DNA of 64,000 nucleotides from a virus (Duplodnaviria; Heunggongvirae; Uroviricota; Caudoviricetes): IMG/VR virus record IMGVR_UViG_3300013901_000006, positions 15,774 to 79,773 of that record; one strand, 5' to 3'. Shown piece by piece: positions 59,309 to 64,000 of this stretch (position 1 is its first letter; each line of letters starts with the position of its first letter). The notes under the pieces were generated by a model. It saw only the letters and a program-made list of their open reading frames with translations, ran no database searches and was not told where the DNA came from. The position numbers and the translations under genes were made by a program.

Positions 59309-59478
59309 TGGCAGTATCAACTATGGCTTTTAAAATCGTTAAGTCTGCGGTAAAGATTCGCCTAGACCGTGGTGAGACTCTAGATGAAATTATGGAATCT
59401 TATCCCAAACTTTCAGATGCTCAGGCCTCTGAACTTCGTGAATTCTATAAAGATTATACTCCAAAGGAAAGTGAGTAA
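59308..59478 (+). CDS. Small protein (XkdX-like), not in the ORF track
   Basis: TAATG coupling; MAVSTMAFKIVKSAVKIRLDRGETLDEIMESYPKLS... (56 aa). Confidence 0.6.
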   Translation: MAVSTMAFKIVKSAVKIRLDRGETLDEIMESYPKLSDAQASELREFYKDYTPKESE

Positions 59479-59481
59479 AAT

Positions 59482-59637
59482 ATGGACTTTATTCTAGGTG
59501 CTATTGCTTGCGCTTGCGTGATTATTATCGTAGGTGTAATCAAGAAAGGTGTCATCAATCGTTTCCGCAACATCGAAATAGATATTGATGACCTTAATGA
59601 GCTAGTTTCCGAAATCGTTTCAGGGAGTGATGAATAA
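59482..59637 (+). CDS. Small membrane protein, not in the ORF track
   Basis: 51 aa with an N-terminal hydrophobic helix. It ends VSEIVSGSDE, like 58787 (LSEIVAGSDE). Confidence 0.6.
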   Translation: MDFILGAIACACVIIIVGVIKKGVINRFRNIEIDIDDLNELVSEIVSGSDE

Positions 59638-59813
59638 TGGCACGTCCCGTAAAAGGTGTTTCCGCGCTCGCTTTTAAAATTGTAAAGAAAGCTATTAAGA
59701 TTCGCATCGATCGTGGCGAAGAGCTTGATGAAATTCTTGAATCCTATCCTAAACTTTCTCAGTCTCAGGCTGATGAAGCATATGAAGAATTCAAGGATTA
59801 TAAATCTGAATAG
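59637..59813 (+). CDS. Paralog of the 59308 small protein, not in the ORF track
   Basis: MARPVKGVSALAFKIVKKAIKIRIDRGEELDEILESYPKLS... (58 aa). Confidence 0.6.
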   Translation: MARPVKGVSALAFKIVKKAIKIRIDRGEELDEILESYPKLSQSQADEAYEEFKDYKSE

Positions 59814-59821
59814 GAGATATA

Positions 59822-60112
59822 ATGTTTGACCTTTCAGTCATTTCAACTTACCTTGTTCCTAGTGTAGTTATCCTATGTCTTCTGGTTGGCTACATCCTAA
59901 AGAACTTGATTCCAAATGATTCTATTAACCGTTTTATTCCTCTTATCGTAGGTGTGCTTGGTGTTGCCGCTACAGTATTTACTGCCGCAACAACAGGTGC
60001 CGCGATTACTGTTGATGTTGTAGTTGCCGGGCTAGCAAGTGGATTATCTAGTACAGGTTTATTTGAAGCATATAAAAATCTTATTAACGGTTCCAATAAA
60101 GAATCAAAATAA
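59822..60112 (+). CDS. Holin
   Basis: 96 aa with three hydrophobic segments (GLASGLSSTGLFE motif), immediately before the lysin. Confidence 0.8.
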   Translation: MFDLSVISTYLVPSVVILCLLVGYILKNLIPNDSINRFIPLIVGVLGVAATVFTAATTGAAITVDVVVAGLASGLSSTGLFEAYKNLINGSNKESK

Positions 60113-60121
60113 CGCAAAGTA

Positions 60122-60150
60122 AAGGGAGCCTTATGGCTCCCTTTTTTATT
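60122..60150 (+). terminator. Rho-independent terminator
   Basis: AAGGGAGCC/GGCTCCCTT stem + T tract. Confidence 0.7.
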
Positions 60151-60170
60151 TCCAATAGAAAGGAAAATAT

Positions 60171-61217
60171 ATGGATTGGAAAAATATTCAAGCCGATGTA
60201 ACTAAGATTCTTCCTTGCGACTATACTGCTGGTCGTGAAGGTGCAAATATTACTGGTATCACCATTCACCATATGGCTGGTAATCTTTCTATTGACCAAT
60301 GCTATAATCTTTGGTCACGCTCTCAAACAAGCGCCCACTATGCGGTTCAGTCCGATGGCAAAATTGGTCAAATGGTAAACGATTGGGATACTGCTTGGGC
60401 GTGCGGCAATTGGTATGCGAATACCCACACTATCTCTATCGAACACGCGAACAATGCAAGTGGTCCTTGGACGGTATTCCCTGCCGCCATCGAATCTGGT
60501 GCGCATCTTGTCGCTGCTTTGTGTCTATATTATAACCTAGGTCGCCCTCAATGGCTCGTAAATGTGTTCCCGCACAAGCATTGGTCGTCTACTCAGTGCC
60601 CGGGAGAGCTTGCGGGTTCCCAAAATGCCGAATATATGAATCGCGCACAGGAATGGTATGATGCCATGAAGAACGGTACAGAAGCTGCTCCTGCACCATC
60701 CAACAATACTCCCACGCCTGCCGCGAATCCTACCAATAAACAGCCACAGGGTAAAGCTCTAGTCAATGTCCATTATGCCCTTCGTTCACTCAATGGCGGT
60801 TGGCTTGATACCGTAACCAATTTTAACAACAGCGATGACAATGGCTACGCAGGTATTCCTTGCCAAGAGCATGATTATCTATGCGCTTGGGTAGACCGTG
60901 GCACACTTAAGTATCAGGTTCACACACAGCAAGACGGTTGGCTTGATTATATTGACCATGGCGATAAGAACGACCTTGTGAATGGTTGCGCTGGTATTGC
61001 TGGTCATGCTATTGATGGTGTCCGCATGTATTATGTCACTCCAAATGGTGAAGAATATAAGCAGGTCTACTATCGTTCTCAGACCGTTGACCGCGAAGGT
61101 TGGCTAAATTCCGTATGCGATGATGGTTCAACATATGGCGGCGATGATTATGCTGGTATCTACGGTGAATCACTTGACCGTCTACAAGTTTGCATCTCTG
61201 ACGCTTCACCTTTTTAA
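60171..61217 (+). CDS. Endolysin, N-acetylmuramoyl-L-alanine amidase (Amidase_2) with a C-terminal cell-wall-binding region
   Basis: ITIHHMAG, SAHY, AWACG, ISIEH, FPHK...TQCPG zinc-amidase motifs; Pro-rich linker. Confidence 0.9.
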   Translation: MDWKNIQADVTKILPCDYTAGREGANITGITIHHMAGNLSIDQCYNLWSRSQTSAHYAVQSDGKIGQMVNDWDTAWACGNWYANTHTISIEHANNASGPWTVFPAAIESGAHLVAALCLYYNLGRPQWLVNVFPHKHWSSTQCPGELAGSQNAEYMNRAQEWYDAMKNGTEAAPAPSNNTPTPAANPTNKQPQGKALVNVHYALRSLNGGWLDTVTNFNNSDDNGYAGIPCQEHDYLCAWVDRGTLKYQVHTQQDGWLDYIDHGDKNDLVNGCAGIAGHAIDGVRMYYVTPNGEEYKQVYYRSQTVDREGWLNSVCDDGSTYGGDDYAGIYGESLDRLQVCISDASPF

Positions 61218-61240
61218 TTCACATTAAAACTCTCTAAATA

Positions 61241-61282
61241 AAATAAGGGGTTACTCGTAATTGAGTAACCCCTCTTTTTTTT
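61241..61282. terminator. Bidirectional terminator between convergent blocks
   Basis: GGGGTTACTC/GAGTAACCCC stem flanked by A-rich and T-rich runs. Confidence 0.85.
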
Positions 61283-61300
61283 ATGGCTATTTTACACAAC

Positions 61301-61795
61301 CTAAAAAGCACTTTCTTCTTTTTTTAATTCAATATTTGCCGCACATCCGATACAAATTGCATCTGCGGCATCGCTTGATACTTCTTTTTTGTATTGCTCT
61401 TGGATAAAATCAATTGCAGCTTGTTTCTGCTCTACTCTTTTGCGGCCCCATGTGATATTATATTTATCTTTTAAAACACTTCGCCAGTGCGAAGGAGATA
61501 AACAAATAATATCAATATCATTCTTTTCTGTCCAATACAAAATCATTGCTTGAATGTAGGCCAATATTTTATATGTTTTAACATTTCCCTTTTGAAGTTG
61601 AATATCTTCATACGCGATAATATCAAAATTGTATTCTGCGAATAATTCATCTAAATGTTCAAGAAATTGGGTGAGTCGCTTTCCCAATGTCTGATTTGAT
61701 TTGATTTCAAAAGTACCATAATCAATTAAATTACCATTTTGAAAAATTGACCACCCACTGACTTTAGCTGCTTGGTCTAAACTTAAAATCTTTAT
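61301..61795 (-). CDS. RuvC-like Holliday junction resolvase (probable ATA start at 61795)
   Basis: (M)KILSLDQAAKVSGW, IIAYED and SSDAADAI motifs. There is an in-frame TGA three codons upstream of the ATA. Confidence 0.8.
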   Translation of the reverse strand: MKILSLDQAAKVSGWSIFQNGNLIDYGTFEIKSNQTLGKRLTQFLEHLDELFAEYNFDIIAYEDIQLQKGNVKTYKILAYIQAMILYWTEKNDIDIICLSPSHWRSVLKDKYNITWGRKRVEQKQAAIDFIQEQYKKEVSSDAADAICIGCAANIELKKEESAF

Positions 61796-62637
61796 GCGGC
61801 ATCACCTACCATTTCACGCTTATTTGCGAAGAGTTTGGCGAATAGAACAATCGTTGACATATTGCCAACACCTCCTGGTACTGGCGTTACGTAATTACAC
61901 ACAGTGGTAAGAGAATCGTAATCACCATCGCCGCACACTTTTCCATTTTCGTCTACATTGATTCCAACATCAATAAAATCTGCTCCAATACCATCAATGT
62001 TATCTGCTGACCAATATTTCGGCTTACCAATAGCAGAAACAATAATATCTGCATGTTGAAAATTATTGTAAGAATTTGAATAAAAAGATTTTGAATGATA
62101 TAGAGTTACTGTACAATTTTGCTGAGTAAGTAGCTCCGCCAACGGTCTTCCAACTCGCATTGAACGACCAATAACTGCAACATTCAACCCCTCTAGATTG
62201 TCGAACCTCTCTTGGATAATTTTCAAACAAGCAACAGCTGTACATGGTGCTTTGCGGTAAGCTAATGGGTCATGACTTCCATATAGTCTACCAACGCTTT
62301 TATAAGATAGCCCATCAATATCTAGTCGTGTAGGAATCATATCATATAATGCTTGCGTTGCTTCACCATAATCTGAAAGGATAATAATACCATTACAATC
62401 AATATTATGTATCCATTCAGTGATTACCATTGAAACTTCTTGCGGCTTATCGCATTGCCGCATAACGATTGTGCATTGATATTTATTTCCTAAACGGTTT
62501 AAAGAGCGAAGATAGGATTGTGCCCCTTTATCTCCGCTCTTATAAATGATACATAATGTTGGACAAATCTTTCCGATAAAAGGCGTAATTGCAACTGTCT
62601 CTAATTTTTCTATTGCCGATTGGATTACTTTGTCCAT
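61792..62637 (-). CDS. folD: Methylenetetrahydrofolate dehydrogenase (FolD family)
   Basis: LDIDG, PCT, VIGRS..VGRPLA, HSK, DVGIN and TPVPGGVG motifs. Confidence 0.9.
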   Translation of the reverse strand: MDKVIQSAIEKLETVAITPFIGKICPTLCIIYKSGDKGAQSYLRSLNRLGNKYQCTIVMRQCDKPQEVSMVITEWIHNIDCNGIIILSDYGEATQALYDMIPTRLDIDGLSYKSVGRLYGSHDPLAYRKAPCTAVACLKIIQERFDNLEGLNVAVIGRSMRVGRPLAELLTQQNCTVTLYHSKSFYSNSYNNFQHADIIVSAIGKPKYWSADNIDGIGADFIDVGINVDENGKVCGDGDYDSLTTVCNYVTPVPGGVGNMSTIVLFAKLFANKREMVGDAA

Positions 62638-62646
62638 ATAATTTCC

Positions 62647-63114
62647 TTAAACTCCTGTGCTGCCGAAACCGCCACGTTTTCGCGCTGAGAGGTTATCTAC
62701 AGAAGTGAAATGCAGCAGCGGCTGTTTATTCTGAATGCGAAATTGGCAAATGCGAGTGCCTTTAGAAATAGTAATAGAGCGAGTTGCATACGCTGGAAAC
62801 ATCCAAATATCTGAATCAGATGCAAAAGAATTATCAATAATCCCAATTCCATTAGCCTGAAGAATACCATATCGTTTAAAAGTAGAAGAGCGTGGCGCTA
62901 GAATGGCTTCATAACCGTCTGGAAGTTTGCATGCAAATCCAAGAGAAATAAGTTTAAACTCACCAGGTTGCATCGAGACATCTTCTGCGATATAGGTATC
63001 AACCCAATCTGACCCATCTTTCTGCTCTAGCGCAGGAGACTCATAATAATGGATTTTAATATCATGATTATAACAAGTATTACTACTAAGCAAAAATATC
63101 ATCCTCGCTATCAT
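62647..63114 (-). CDS. dut: Trimeric dUTPase (true start uncertain)
   Basis: LAPRSS, GIIDNSF, RICQF and RGGFGSTG motifs. Confidence 0.9.
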   Translation of the reverse strand: MIARMIFLLSSNTCYNHDIKIHYYESPALEQKDGSDWVDTYIAEDVSMQPGEFKLISLGFACKLPDGYEAILAPRSSTFKRYGILQANGIGIIDNSFASDSDIWMFPAYATRSITISKGTRICQFRIQNKQPLLHFTSVDNLSARKRGGFGSTGV

Positions 63115-63397
63115 CGTTATTGGTAGAAAGCATAGACTCTGCCGCGTATGGCATATCTACATCAAAAATAGGAATCGTAGGCTCTTTAATATCGTTAACA
63201 GTAAAAGTAGCTTTCGTATCGAAATACGAATCTACAACTTCACCCTTTTCCTTAACTAGCTTTTCAGTATAGCTAAATGCGGACAGTGAATATCCATCTT
63301 TTTGTGCTTTTTCTTGTAGCTCTTCTCGGAATTTCACAACATCCTCAATAGTTTCAACTCGATATTCTGTAGTATTCTTGATTACGAAATGACGCAT
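63086..63397 (-). CDS. Hypothetical protein
   Basis: 103-aa ORF, coupled to its neighbours. Confidence 0.55.
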   Translation of the reverse strand: MRHFVIKNTTEYRVETIEDVVKFREELQEKAQKDGYSLSAFSYTEKLVKEKGEVVDSYFDTKATFTVNDIKEPTIPIFDVDMPYAAESMLSTNNDDSEDDIFA

Positions 63398-63646
63398 TTA
63401 AATTCCTTCCTCGATAACTGGCAGATTTGTAAGCCCTTTAATCATACTGATAATATTACCGATATAAGTTTTAGGCCCTAGTACGTAGATTTCTTTAATA
63501 TCGTATTTATCATCTAAATACTGGTTGAATGTTTTTTCAAAATCTGGCTGAAAACAAAGCCGCTGTGAACTTACCTCTTCGTCATCGCTTTGTACCATAA
63601 ATTTAATAGCTGCCGCAGGGAACGCCGCAACAATCAGTTTATTCAT
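63398..63646 (-). CDS. Hypothetical protein
   Basis: 82-aa ORF. Confidence 0.55.
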   Translation of the reverse strand: MNKLIVAAFPAAAIKFMVQSDDEEVSSQRLCFQPDFEKTFNQYLDDKYDIKEIYVLGPKTYIGNIISMIKGLTNLPVIEEGI

Positions 63647-63978
63647 TATTCCACCTCAATCACAAAATCACTTGCTTCAAAAAGCATAAACATATAGACT
63701 TCATTTGTCTTATATTCTTTAATCCAAATTTGATAACAGTCTTCTGCGTGCTGATATTCAATATCAAGAACACGCCCACGAGGAAATAGACATTCTTTTA
63801 AGTCCTGAATCATCTTATCGAAGTTAGGCTCTTTTAAATTGAATGTGGTGTAATAATGAAGTTCATTATTAAGTAGCATATAATAATGAGACTTATAATG
63901 TGTGGATAGCCAAGCACCCACGTTGACAAACATCTGATTAACTTTATCTGCCGTCGGCGGCGTGATTTTGGCATACAT
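63646..63978 (-). CDS. Hypothetical protein
   Basis: 110-aa ORF. Confidence 0.55.
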   Translation of the reverse strand: MYAKITPPTADKVNQMFVNVGAWLSTHYKSHYYMLLNNELHYYTTFNLKEPNFDKMIQDLKECLFPRGRVLDIEYQHAEDCYQIWIKEYKTNEVYMFMLFEASDFVIEVE

Positions 63979-64000
63979 CTGCTTATTTAGTGAATAATTG

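Noticed and set aside
1-64000. CRISPR array, tRNA or rRNA genes
   Set aside because: No regularly spaced direct repeats with unique spacers and no cloverleaf or rRNA-like sequence recognised. The structured non-coding regions are explained by group I introns and terminators.

Overview
This window is the late (virion morphogenesis) region of a large, AT-rich tailed dsDNA phage, most likely a long non-contractile-tailed type with an SPbeta/c-st-like gene order (inference). On the + strand it runs: portal (5'-truncated by the window), prohead protease/scaffold, decoration protein, major capsid, head-tail genes, major tail protein, a ~2,920-aa tape measure, tail tip and baseplate genes, several fibre genes, holin and amidase endolysin. 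A convergent - strand block encodes a RuvC-like resolvase, FolD, dUTPase and three hypotheticals. The lysin style suggests a gut Gram-positive, possibly Coriobacteriia, host (low-confidence inference). Four hidden layers are visible. (1) Five group I introns: four in the major tail gene, with 34-nt and 19-nt micro-exons, and one in the tape measure gene. (2) Probable -1 frameshift extensions of the capsid and tail-tube proteins. (3) A recurring ~47-bp intergenic element, a candidate late promoter. (4) Most striking, eight poly-G tracts (G6-G11) confined to the fibre and receptor-binding region (41.9-56.7 kb). Six lie in tiny unannotated leader ORFs. In five of these, one tract length makes the leader stop overlap the start codon of the next gene, whose SD or start codon is buried in a hairpin; the sixth reads through such a hairpin and stops 26 nt inside the gene. 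The other two tracts lie inside Gp10_C-like tip genes and route the ribosome to different downstream cassettes. This looks like a slipped-strand, translational-coupling 'switchboard' for choosing receptor-binding modules. Homopolymer lengths in an assembly can be wrong, so ON/OFF states need read-level checking.
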